Of a DNA stretch of 62,077 nucleotides, positions 24,227-32,513 are shown one piece after another. Position numbers and translations under genes: made by a program. The stretch is from a virus: the IMG/VR virus record IMGVR_UViG_3300036861_000916, positions 1-62,077 of that record. One strand, 5' to 3'. Below the pieces are notes generated by a model. The model was not told where the DNA came from. It ran no database searches and saw nothing but the letters and a program-made list of their open reading frames with translations. The stretch's first letter is position 1; each line of letters starts with the position of its first letter.

Positions 24227-24415
24227 TTACTTCGTGGGCTCCTTGACTTTCCTCCACGACCAGACCGAGGACAGATGGAACAGCTCACCGACCTGGTTCT
24301 TGTTCTTGGCGATGACGATATTCTCGCGGTCAACATCCTTCACGTATCCAGTGACGGGATAGGCGGCGCCGATCAGGAACAGCCGGACATGGGCGCCGAT
24401 GGCTGGCGGCTTCAT
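24227..24415 (-). CDS. hypothetical small protein
   Basis: 62-aa ORF, GGAGGAGAG upstream of ATG, directly downstream of the methyltransferase. Confidence 0.4.
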   Translation of the reverse strand: MKPPAIGAHVRLFLIGAAYPVTGYVKDVDRENIVIAKNKNQVGELFHLSSVWSWRKVKEPTK

Positions 24416-24429
24416 AGGCTCTCCTCCTT

Positions 24430-25626
24430 TCAGCTCGTGAACAGCCCCGGCTGGGCCGTGCGCTTGGCGACGAGCGGCAGGTATTCCGGGTTAAGCTCGA
24501 TGAGGATGGCGCGACGACCGAGAGACTGCGCCACCTGGCCGACAGTGCCGCTGCCGGCAAATGGATCCAGAACCGTGCAGGAGACGGGATCGGCGGCGGG
24601 GCAGTCACAGGTGGGCTGCCAGCCGGTCGTGGCCCATTGCGGCACGTACCCTCCGCCCCGCCAGCCTGGCGACTTGTGCGCCTGGTGCCCTTCGCTTATC
24701 TTTCGAGGGTCGCTGCCACTGACGTGCTTTCCCGCCATCGATTCCGCGACCGCCTGATCCTCCGCTGACTTCTCCACCACCCGCCGCCACGGAGCGCCAC
24801 ACGCCGGGCAGCAGCCGTGTTCGCTCGTGCCCGCGAGGATACAGCGAGCGGCGAGGGCGCGCGGGAAGGTGGCGAAGTGGGCTTCCGCGTACGCCTCGGT
24901 CGGGATGCGCCATACGGTGCGGAGATTGCGACCGGCGGGGTGAGTAAAGCTCTCCCTCTTCGACCCGAACCCGGCGTTAACCCCCTCCCGCAGATTTCCG
25001 CTCGGCGCGTGCCGCCCCGGCGAAACCGCGTACTCTTCCCAGCTAACCTCGGTCCCCGTCTTCTCCCTCACCGCGTCGCTATCGTAGAAGTAGCGCTCGC
25101 TCCGGCTCAGCAGGAACACATACTCGTGTGCCGTCGTCGGGCGATCGCTGACGCTCTCCGGCATCGGGTTCGTCTTGTCCCAGATGCAGCAGCTACGGAG
25201 AAACCAGCCATCTGCCTGGAGTGCGAACGCCACGCGCCAGGCTTGGCCGCAGAGGTCCTTGGGCTTGAGGCCGTCGCCGGCAGGCCGCATACCCGAGTTG
25301 TAGGCACGCCCCGTCCCGCCGTCCGAACTGCCGTAGTCACGGAAGCCGCCCTGCGAAGCGTAGCTGTCGCCCAGGTTCAGCCACAGCACGCCGTCCGGTC
25401 GCAGCACCCTTCGCACCTCGCGGAAGACGGCGACCATACTCGCCACCCACTCGTCCAGCGTCGGTTCTAGCCCTATCTCCTTGCCCTTCAGCGGGTGGCC
25501 GTCGGGCAGGTAGGACCTCAATGCCCAGTAAGGAGGAGAAGTTATGCAGCAGTGGACGCTATCCGCCGGGAGGGTGGGCAGCACCTCACGGCAGTCGCCC
25601 TGCAGCACGGTCAGTCTCTCATTCAT
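24430..25626 (-). CDS. DNA methyltransferase (N4-C / N6-A, PF01555-like)
   Basis: 398 aa; SPPYWALRSY catalytic motif near the N-terminus and C-terminal ...VLDPFAGSGTVGQVA... AdoMet motif. Confidence 0.85.
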   Translation of the reverse strand: MNERLTVLQGDCREVLPTLPADSVHCCITSPPYWALRSYLPDGHPLKGKEIGLEPTLDEWVASMVAVFREVRRVLRPDGVLWLNLGDSYASQGGFRDYGSSDGGTGRAYNSGMRPAGDGLKPKDLCGQAWRVAFALQADGWFLRSCCIWDKTNPMPESVSDRPTTAHEYVFLLSRSERYFYDSDAVREKTGTEVSWEEYAVSPGRHAPSGNLREGVNAGFGSKRESFTHPAGRNLRTVWRIPTEAYAEAHFATFPRALAARCILAGTSEHGCCPACGAPWRRVVEKSAEDQAVAESMAGKHVSGSDPRKISEGHQAHKSPGWRGGGYVPQWATTGWQPTCDCPAADPVSCTVLDPFAGSGTVGQVAQSLGRRAILIELNPEYLPLVAKRTAQPGLFTS

Positions 25627-25650
25627 GTCAGCGATAGGATACCGACGCGA

Positions 25651-25690
25651 AGTTCAATCGTCAAGTGGCGTGTCACCGAGAAGTTGAACT
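25651..25690. promoter_or_regulatory. pair of AGTT(C/G)AACT palindromes 31 bp apart around a TTGACG-N17-TATCCT promoter-like sequence (minus strand)
   Basis: AGTTCAATC 25651..25659, AGTTGAACT 25682..25690; proximal copy centred 29 nt upstream of ATG 25626. Confidence 0.45.
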
Positions 25691-25693
25691 GCG

Positions 25694-25963
25694 CTACCGG
25701 CGGCGCCAGCAGGTCTCTGTCGCCCAGACCACAGCGGCCACGACGCAGATGCCGAGCGCGAGCCAATCTTCCGGACGCGGGCTCCGACCGCCGACGCCGC
25801 CGAACAGCCAGGAGAGCAGAATCATCGTCGGAAGCGTACAGACACACCATCGCCAATGGAATTGAAAGTAGCGCCAGATGGGCGAATGCGGATGCGAATC
25901 CCACCAATCCATCAGTCGAGCGATGTAGCGATTGGTCGCCGCTCTCCAGGTGCGGTTCAGCAT
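25694..25963 (-). CDS. Trp-rich membrane protein
   Basis: ATG 25963 (MLNRTW...) in frame of track ORF 25694..26008; two hydrophobic segments. Confidence 0.4.
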   Translation of the reverse strand: MLNRTWRAATNRYIARLMDWWDSHPHSPIWRYFQFHWRWCVCTLPTMILLSWLFGGVGGRSPRPEDWLALGICVVAAVVWATETCWRRR

Positions 25964-26478
25964 CCGGTCGCCTCTGGAATCGTCCCGGTGCCGCCGCACG
26001 TCTGGCACGGGATCTTGGTCGGGAACTCCCCCAGGAAGCGCCCGGGAGCCTTAACCAGACCATCGTGGCAGTCAGGACACGCCCGAGGAAGGGGCGGCGC
26101 CGGTGGGGTCTCCTGCCGCTTCTCGAAAGCGCCCACGTCGCGCAGCACCATCTCCGTAGTGACGCCGTGCAGCATACAAAGCTCCACGGCATTCATCAGC
26201 AGCTCAAGCGACCGCCGCCGCCGCCATCGCGAAAGTTCCCCGGTCGCGAGGCAGAGGCCCGCCGCGGGGTCGAAGAGCTGCCCCGCGTGGATGAGCATAG
26301 CAAGCGAAAACTCGCGCCTCCAGCCTTCGCGCTCCAGCTCGGTTAGCGGACGGTCCAGGTCCAATCCGCGGCTTTCGCGAAGTGAGCTGCGCACCCTCCC
26401 GAACACGTCGGCCAGGGTGTCCACCTGTGCGCGGGCCGCCTGGCCGACGGCCCGCGGCGTCCTCACCTCCGCGCTCAT
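25957..26478 (-). CDS. hypothetical protein with C-terminal CxxCxGxG zinc-finger motifs
   Basis: ATG 26478 (ATGA coupling); CPDCHDG ... CQTCGGTG. Confidence 0.5.
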   Translation of the reverse strand: MSAEVRTPRAVGQAARAQVDTLADVFGRVRSSLRESRGLDLDRPLTELEREGWRREFSLAMLIHAGQLFDPAAGLCLATGELSRWRRRRSLELLMNAVELCMLHGVTTEMVLRDVGAFEKRQETPPAPPLPRACPDCHDGLVKAPGRFLGEFPTKIPCQTCGGTGTIPEATGC

Positions 26479-26867
26479 GTTTCCTCCTCCTCTCGCGCCA
26501 GCGCGGCGCGCACCCAATCGATGGCATCAACTTCCACCTGCCAGTTGAGGACGGTGCCCATGACCTCGGTCAGACTCCCGACCAGATCGCCCATTCGCAG
26601 GTAGTCACGGACGACCTGATCGCGCGCCGCGTCACGCTCCGCCTCGGTTGCGGCTGCCGGCTTCGGGCGACCGGCGAGGAGGGCCTCCACGGCCTCCCAG
26701 GTCAGAGTAAGTCCCTCCGTGTCCAGCGTCGCCTTCCCGTCCTCATCCCATTCGACGTGGGCCGCCAGCGCCGAGAGCACGCCGAGAGCATCATCGCGCT
26801 GGCGGAGAACGCGGTGGAGGACGCGCCTCAGGCTGTTGACGTCTCCGCTCTCCGGGTAGCGGTTCAT
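26475..26867 (-). CDS. hypothetical protein
   Basis: 130-aa ORF, ATGA-coupled on both sides. Confidence 0.45.
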   Translation of the reverse strand: MNRYPESGDVNSLRRVLHRVLRQRDDALGVLSALAAHVEWDEDGKATLDTEGLTLTWEAVEALLAGRPKPAAATEAERDAARDQVVRDYLRMGDLVGSLTEVMGTVLNWQVEVDAIDWVRAALAREEEET

Positions 26868-27166
26868 GCGTCGCCACCGTCAGCCTCCGCCGCCTTGCCC
26901 TTCTCGAGCAGCTCGCGGACGCGCTCACCGCCGAGGGCTCCGATGCGGCGGTAGTGGGCGCCGCCGTGCCGCGCGGCAGTCGTGGCGCCGCCGATCTTTG
27001 CGATCTCGACGTAAAAGTCGCTCCCATATCGGTCTCGGGTCGTGGCGCCGCCCTTCTTGCCGATCGTCGCGTAGAACTCCCGACCGTGGCGCTTGCTCGT
27101 AGACCGCCCGCCGCGGCGGCCCGCTTCAGAAACGGTAAGCTCCTGCGTTTCGTCGGTGCTCGGCAT
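26864..27166 (-). CDS. KGG-repeat stress-protein-like (YciG/GsiB-type)
   Basis: ATG 27166 with GGAAGGAG upstream; three GG(x)T(x)..(H/Y)G.EFY..IG.KGG-type repeats. Confidence 0.6.
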   Translation of the reverse strand: MPSTDETQELTVSEAGRRGGRSTSKRHGREFYATIGKKGGATTRDRYGSDFYVEIAKIGGATTAARHGGAHYRRIGALGGERVRELLEKGKAAEADGGDA

Positions 27167-27285
27167 GCTTGCTCCTTCCGTTGCGAGGAGCCGGCCTGCC
27201 GTGGAAGCAGGCCGGCTCAAAGGATCTCGAGGTAAGGGGGGATGTTAGCGCTACTTCATAGCCACCTCCTTCCTGTGAATGGGAC

Positions 27286-27315
27286 GCCGCCGGCTTTCCG
27301 ATACCAGCCGGCGGC
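27286..27315. terminator. 10-bp GC hairpin after the secreted-protein island
   Basis: GCCGCCGGCT / 10-nt loop / AGCCGGCGGC. Confidence 0.45.
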
Positions 27316-27402
27316 ACTCTAGCCGAGGGATACCCTTCTCACGAGTTCACCCTTGGTTGTTCACAGGGGCGGCCCTCGGCAGTGCCTCATCCGGCGGTTC
27401 AG

Positions 27403-27843
27403 TCAGTCAGGCCGAGGTCCAAATCGAACCTTGGCGCCGATGACGCAGCGGTGGCGGTCGATCCGCTGGCGGTCCTCCCAGCCTCCGAACAGGACGATGT
27501 ACTCGCTGATCGGAAGCTCCGCCTTCACGCCGATACGGTCCTCCCAAAATAGGAAGCCGCGGCTCTGGATCGTGTGCCGTGCGTCGACACAGAGGGCGAT
27601 CGGACCCAGGAGGCGTTCGATCCGGAGGCTGCCGAAGATTTCGGTGGGCCGCCGGCTGAACTCGAAACCCTCGGGACAGTAGTATCCGGAGAAGCCGCTG
27701 TCCGTCGGGCTGCCGAGTTGCTGCTGAACGCCGAACTCTCCCGAGACCTGCGGCGCCGGAGAGGCACGCGCCGGGAGACAGAGAGACGTCAGGACCAGCG
27801 CCAGGGCGGCGAGGACGAAGGGTTTCGCCTTCCCGTTGCTCAA
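27403..27843 (-). CDS. secreted protein
   Basis: 146 aa, TTG start with AGGAGG upstream, signal peptide ...FVLAALALVLTSLCLPARA. Confidence 0.55.
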   Translation of the reverse strand: MSNGKAKPFVLAALALVLTSLCLPARASPAPQVSGEFGVQQQLGSPTDSGFSGYYCPEGFEFSRRPTEIFGSLRIERLLGPIALCVDARHTIQSRGFLFWEDRIGVKAELPISEYIVLFGGWEDRQRIDRHRCVIGAKVRFGPRPD

Positions 27844-28018
27844 TTGCTAACCTCCTGCGTTGTTTCAATCCGCATCCGCCCTGCAGTGCGGATGCCTTGA
27901 ACAGGGCCGGCCCGGATGCCGGCATTCTGCCGTGGAGGCAGACCGGGGAGGGGAGGAAGCGGGCCTCCCAGATGCCTGCGGGTATGAAGCGCTGCACCTC
28001 ACCATGCTCCCCGCGACG

Positions 28019-28387
28019 TTAATTCGTCGTGAGCAGGTAGCTCACGTCCCCGCTGGTGCAGTTTTTCACCTTCAGCGTGAACTCACCCGTCCAGCGCGGT
28101 GTCCAATCGCACTGCGCGTAGTGATGCGCCCGCGTGTCCTGGTCAATCAGGTGCCCCCCCTGGTCGTAGATGAACAGGTCCAGGTCCCCATCCCCTGCGA
28201 TCAGAACACGCGCCGGCTCGTTGGCCTCGAACCTTACCCGGTAGACATCGCTGTCGTTGGCCAGAACCGTGTCCTCGTTCCACTTCTGGCCCCCGACCGG
28301 CCCCGCATGGGCAAAGCGGGGCAGCAGCAGAATGGCCAGGACCACCGCAACAGCGACGAGCAGCAGCAGGCGACCGGCGTACCTCAA
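28019..28387 (-). CDS. secreted protein with pre-peptidase C-terminal (PPC)-like domain
   Basis: 122 aa, signal peptide, ...YRVRFEANEPARVLIAGDGDLDLFIYDQGGH... Confidence 0.5.
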   Translation of the reverse strand: MRYAGRLLLLVAVAVVLAILLLPRFAHAGPVGGQKWNEDTVLANDSDVYRVRFEANEPARVLIAGDGDLDLFIYDQGGHLIDQDTRAHHYAQCDWTPRWTGEFTLKVKNCTSGDVSYLLTTN

Positions 28388-28490
28388 CGTTCTCTCCTTC
28401 TCTGTGTTGTGTTGGCCCCACCCCGCGCAGGAAGATGGTTTCCTGCGGGGGTGGGGAATGGTGAAGGCAATCCCTCGGACCCGCCTCCCC

Positions 28491-29168
28491 CTAGGCGAGC
28501 TTCAAGACCGGCCAGCCCCGGCGCCGCAGGAAGCCGAGAGCTCCGAACCCGAGCAGCCCCAGCGAGCAAGGCTCGGGGACCGGGGTCGGCTGACAGTCGC
28601 TCTTGTCGTAGCGGAACTGCGCCATGGCGAAGTCCACGTCGGAGTGCGCCACGACCTTCGAGAACAGGGCGCCATCGTCCACCGAGGCGAACAGACGCGC
28701 GCCCGCCGCGCCATCGACGGAGCGCGTGATGCTACCCAGCAGCACGTCGCCGGCGTCGTAGAAGTCCGCTGTGATGTCGTGCAGCGCGAATGGATTGGGC
28801 TCCGCCTCGAAGCCGAAGATGCCCGTCGGCGCGCCGAGGAGCATCGTCACCGAGGTTGCTCCCTTGGTCCACAGGACTGCGGGGGTGGCGCTCTCACTGT
28901 CCGGTGGGCTGCTCCAGGTTGCCCAGCCGCCGCCCGGGACCGTCCGCTTCTGCATCGTGCTGCTGAAGCTCACCGTCTCTGTGCCGTCCGTGATCGATCC
29001 GACGTCGGTAAAGTTGGGCAATCCGCTGATGTCGATCTTCGTGGTGGCGAAGGTGTACAGCACGGACGGCGAGGAGATGTCCTCGAACGTCGCGTAGCTC
29101 GGACGGGCGAACCCGGAAAAGAGCATCCCGATCGCGAGCAACGTTCCCAGCTTGGCAAATCCCTTCAT
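28491..29168 (-). CDS. PEP-CTERM-anchored secreted protein
   Basis: ATG 29168 with AAGGAGGAAG upstream; N-terminal signal peptide; C-terminus VPEPCSLGLLGFGALGFLRRRG = PEP motif + TM + Arg cluster. Confidence 0.7.
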   Translation of the reverse strand: MKGFAKLGTLLAIGMLFSGFARPSYATFEDISSPSVLYTFATTKIDISGLPNFTDVGSITDGTETVSFSSTMQKRTVPGGGWATWSSPPDSESATPAVLWTKGATSVTMLLGAPTGIFGFEAEPNPFALHDITADFYDAGDVLLGSITRSVDGAAGARLFASVDDGALFSKVVAHSDVDFAMAQFRYDKSDCQPTPVPEPCSLGLLGFGALGFLRRRGWPVLKLA

Positions 29169-29561
29169 CGCACTTCCTCCTTCGTAACAAGGCGCCCAGT
29201 GTGATCCTCCGGGCGGCAACTGCGGCGCGGCCTGCACATCAGGCCCGGGCGTCGCGCTAGAGCGTCTGCAGCCGGCGCGCCTCGACAGCGAGGACAACGA
29301 GGATAGCGAACGTGGCGAGACACGCCTTCGTCATCGCGATGGCGTAAGCGGCGATCATTGCGAACTCTCCGGCGGCGTGTCCCATGTTCGTTCTACCTCT
29401 TTGTTCGGCTGTCAAGCGTGCATTCAACTGACAGAGAGAGGATACCGGGACCGAGTTCGAGTGTCAAGAGGTCTCCGGTCAGTAATTTCAAGAACCTGGC
29501 GGAGAGGCGGCGGCGGAGTTCAATCGAATGCCCCGCCGTGGGGACGAGGTAGATATTCCGT

Positions 29562-29933
29562 CTACCTCGCTGCACCCCGCGGCTTCCGGGGCGGCTCGCC
29601 GTCGAAACGCAGCGTCGTCTGCGCCCGGCGGGCCTTGTCGCGCGGTCGGAAGACCCGCTCGCGCTCCATCTGGTTGTGGACCTCCTCGGAGATGTAGCGC
29701 TCCGGAGGGCCGATCTTGCTGGGGGGCAGGGGGATGGCCAGCTCTTTCTTGGGGGCGCGGCGGCAGCCCTGCAGCGCGGCCACTATCCACTTCGGGGCAC
29801 CGGGCGGGAGGAGTGGGGGAAGGGGCGCACCGTCCGCCGCTGCCGTGACCTCCTCGCGCACGGGTCGCGGCAGCGGCTGCTTCAGCTTCTCTTTCAGGAG
29901 GTGGAACTCTGCCCATTCTTTGGAATTCGGCAT
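29562..29933 (-). CDS. hypothetical Pro-rich protein
   Basis: 123-aa ORF with ATG start. Confidence 0.4.
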   Translation of the reverse strand: MPNSKEWAEFHLLKEKLKQPLPRPVREEVTAAADGAPLPPLLPPGAPKWIVAALQGCRRAPKKELAIPLPPSKIGPPERYISEEVHNQMERERVFRPRDKARRAQTTLRFDGEPPRKPRGAAR

Positions 29934-30300
29934 GTGACTTTAGTCTCCAGCGAGAACGCTTCTCACAAAGTTGCAGTTTTTACTCAACCCCCCCTAAGCC
30001 CCCCCGGCCCTTTCTTCCTTCCGCCTCACCTCTGCTAACCCTCCCTCAACAGGGGGCTTTACAGACAGCACACCTGGGGACCGGAAGCGACCACTTTTTC
30101 CCTTGACTCTACTAAGAGCTCGAAATTTGAAACTTTTAGTAGGGTTTGAGCGGAAAAGATAAGTGGAGACGAGCCTGAACCAGCTCTCGTCTCCGGCGCT
30201 CCCTGCATCGGTCAGGCCCCGTCGGATCGGCGGCCCCAGGTCGTGAAATGGGCTCAACACGGAGCCTGGGGGATAATTGACAGGCAGTATACTACACCCC

Positions 30301-30371
30301 AGTTCAAGTTGCAAGAGCGAACATTCGTTCTCGTTGAACTCTTCCTCCATTCCTAGCTGAAAAGTTGAATT
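30301..30371. promoter_or_regulatory. three AGTT(C/G)AACT-type palindromes at exact 31-bp spacing
   Basis: AGTTCAAGT 30301..30309, CGTTGAACT 30332..30340, AGTTGAATT 30363..30371. Confidence 0.45.
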
Positions 30372-30395
30372 TCTGCTGAGTGATAAGCGAGCCGC

Positions 30396-30929
30396 CTATC
30401 CTCGCCTCTGCGTGGGCTTCCGCTTCTTGCGCCCGTCGAGCCGTCGACCCTCCTGCGGCGGACGTGTGATGGCGTCCTCGACCGTCAGGCCGGCTCGGAG
30501 CCGAAGCCGGAAGCATCGATCGGAGAGCCTCACCTCGCGCAGCCAGGCGGCCAGGTGCTGCGTGCGTCCCTTGATGGTTATGAGGCGCCGCCGCCCGCAG
30601 AGCTCCGACTGCAGGCATCCACAGCTCTTCGTGAGCCCGCCCGCCACGGTTGCTGCCGCGACGACGGTGAGCTTGCCGCACTCGCACCGGCACAAGACCT
30701 GGCGCTGACCGTGGACGCTCCGTTTCCACTCGGAGAGCACCATCAGGCGGTTGAAGACCTCGCCGGGCATGGCGACCCGCTTGCGAGCCGGCTTCGGGTC
30801 GGTGCCCACGAGCACCTGCCGCACGCGCTCGTGGGAGATGCCGAGGGCTCTGCCGATGGACCGCAGGCTCTCGCCCTCCGCGCGCCGCCGCCGTAGCTCA
30901 TCGAGCAAATCGGGCGTCAGCTTCCTCAC
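30396..30929 (-). CDS. HTH DNA-binding regulator with Cys-cluster domain
   Basis: GTG 30929 with GGGAGAGG upstream, in frame of track ORF 30396..31088; ...ESLRSIGRALGISHERVRQVL... then CRCECG...SCGC. Confidence 0.55.
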   Translation of the reverse strand: MRKLTPDLLDELRRRRAEGESLRSIGRALGISHERVRQVLVGTDPKPARKRVAMPGEVFNRLMVLSEWKRSVHGQRQVLCRCECGKLTVVAAATVAGGLTKSCGCLQSELCGRRRLITIKGRTQHLAAWLREVRLSDRCFRLRLRAGLTVEDAITRPPQEGRRLDGRKKRKPTQRRG

Positions 30930-31065
30930 CGCCGCCTCTCCCAGAGCGCGCGGACGACGCCGGCCAGGAAGAGCACGAGCAGCAGGACTGCCATCAAGAC
31001 CGAGCCGACGAGTGCCGTCTGCCCCACCGGGTCCTGCAGTCGCGCGCTCTGGACGCAGAAGCCGG

Positions 31066-31260
31066 TCACCGGGCCGCCTCATCGGCATAGGCCTGGCCGC
31101 AGAAGGGACAGAAGTCGGCGACGAGCGCGACCGGAATTCTGCCGGGCGAGGTCGAGATCACGCCGATGATGACGCGCGGGTCATCGCCGAGGGTCACATT
31201 CAGCTCGGTATCCCACTGCGACAGATACTCGTTCTTTTCGGCGATACAGTTGCACGCCAT
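31066..31260 (-). CDS. hypothetical small protein
   Basis: ATG 31260 overlaps TAA of the GGDEF gene (TAATG); 64 aa. Confidence 0.4.
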   Translation of the reverse strand: MACNCIAEKNEYLSQWDTELNVTLGDDPRVIIGVISTSPGRIPVALVADFCPFCGQAYADEAAR

Positions 31261-31919
31261 TACGCCGCCTCGACCTCGTCGCAGAGCAACTGCTGCAGCG
31301 GGAGGCTCTCGCACAGCAGGCGCAGGCTCCGGGGACGGCAGCCGCGGGCCGCACGCAGGCCCGCCTTCTGCCGAGCCTCCTTCATCGCGCGCAGGTGCGC
31401 CTCCGCTTGCTCGCGGGTCTCGCCGAACCCGAAGGAGCAGCCGGCGCCGGTCGCCGCGCGGGTCTCACCGTCCTCGCCGCGCCAGGCCCAGGCAGCATTG
31501 CGGAAGCGTCGGTCGAGCTGGATGAGCCGGCGCCAGATGGTATCCCTGTCCTCCTCCGTCCGGAACCGTATGCAGAACTCATCGCCACCGACGCGATACG
31601 GGAGACTGCGCTCCTGGAAGCAGGATAGAACAAATGTTTGCAGCATGCTGTCTCCTGCCTGGTGGCCCAGATGGTCGTTCACAAATTTCAAGCTGTCCAG
31701 GTCCAGGATGGCCATGTACGCGCACGGCGCCGCAGACTCGGCATCCTCGAAGGCGCGTGCGGAGAGGGATCCGGTCAGGCGGTCGACGAGGAGTTCCTCT
31801 ACCAGCTCCTCGCGGCTCATCTCCGCGATGCCCTGTCGGCGCTCCAGGTCGTGCCTGCGCTCCGGGCCGGCGTAAGCGGGAGCGGCGGTGAGGATGTCGG
31901 TATCGGTCAGCGTGTTCAA
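31260..31919 (-). CDS. stand-alone GGDEF-domain protein (putative diguanylate cyclase)
   Basis: TTG 31919 (TTGA coupling, GGAGGGA upstream); DRLTGSLSARAF...ILDLDSLKFVNDHLGHQAGD...YRVGGDEF. Confidence 0.75.
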   Translation of the reverse strand: MNTLTDTDILTAAPAYAGPERRHDLERRQGIAEMSREELVEELLVDRLTGSLSARAFEDAESAAPCAYMAILDLDSLKFVNDHLGHQAGDSMLQTFVLSCFQERSLPYRVGGDEFCIRFRTEEDRDTIWRRLIQLDRRFRNAAWAWRGEDGETRAATGAGCSFGFGETREQAEAHLRAMKEARQKAGLRAARGCRPRSLRLLCESLPLQQLLCDEVEAA

Positions 31920-32299
31920 GGCAGGTCCCTCCCAAGGAAAAGCGTGTCGACGAAAGCGATGGGGAGTTGTAGAGTAAATTCCAGCATCCGCCTCTGGCAC
32001 TCCAGGCCGGCGGGCGTGGCTCCCAGCGTCTCGGCCTGGCAGTAGGCGCTCACAGCCTCCTCCACGGTCTCCGCAGCGACCGGCGCCTCTGGGTGCGCGT
32101 CGTTCCAGCGGCGGACGAGGGCCTTCGCGCGCTGCTGCATCAGATAGTGGTTCACGAACTCCCCCACGAGCGCCGACTGCGGCTTCTCGACCTCTGCGGG
32201 CAGCCATTGGTCGCCTCGCTCCACCCACATCGCGGCGCAACCGCACCGGCAGACGATTCGCCCGTTTTCTGCGGGACTGCCGCAAACCGGACAGGTCAT
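31916..32299 (-). CDS. N-terminal zinc-ribbon protein
   Basis: 127 aa; MTCPVCGSPAENGRIVCRCGC; AAGGAGGAGAGA upstream of ATG. Confidence 0.5.
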   Translation of the reverse strand: MTCPVCGSPAENGRIVCRCGCAAMWVERGDQWLPAEVEKPQSALVGEFVNHYLMQQRAKALVRRWNDAHPEAPVAAETVEEAVSAYCQAETLGATPAGLECQRRMLEFTLQLPIAFVDTLFLGRDLP

Positions 32300-32323
32300 G
32301 TCTCTCCTCCTTGCGCGGGCCGG

Positions 32324-32363
32324 AGTTCAACTGCCGGCCAATCAATTAGGCTACGGTTCAACC
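32324..32363. promoter_or_regulatory. pair of AGTT(C/G)AACT palindromes 31 bp apart
   Basis: AGTTCAACT 32324..32332 (centre 29 nt upstream of ATG 32299) and GGTTCAACC 32355..32363. Confidence 0.45.
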
Positions 32364-32513
32364 TTACCGGAACGACGTGCGTAAGTGCAAGGGGGTGCTT
32401 GACCCTTTTCTTGCGAGCGCACGCCGGGCTGAACTGCAGGCCGAAGGGCAGCGGTGGGAGGTGCGGGTGCAGTGGCAAAGCGGCCGGCGCCGGGGTGACG
32501 CCGGCCGGTCAGG

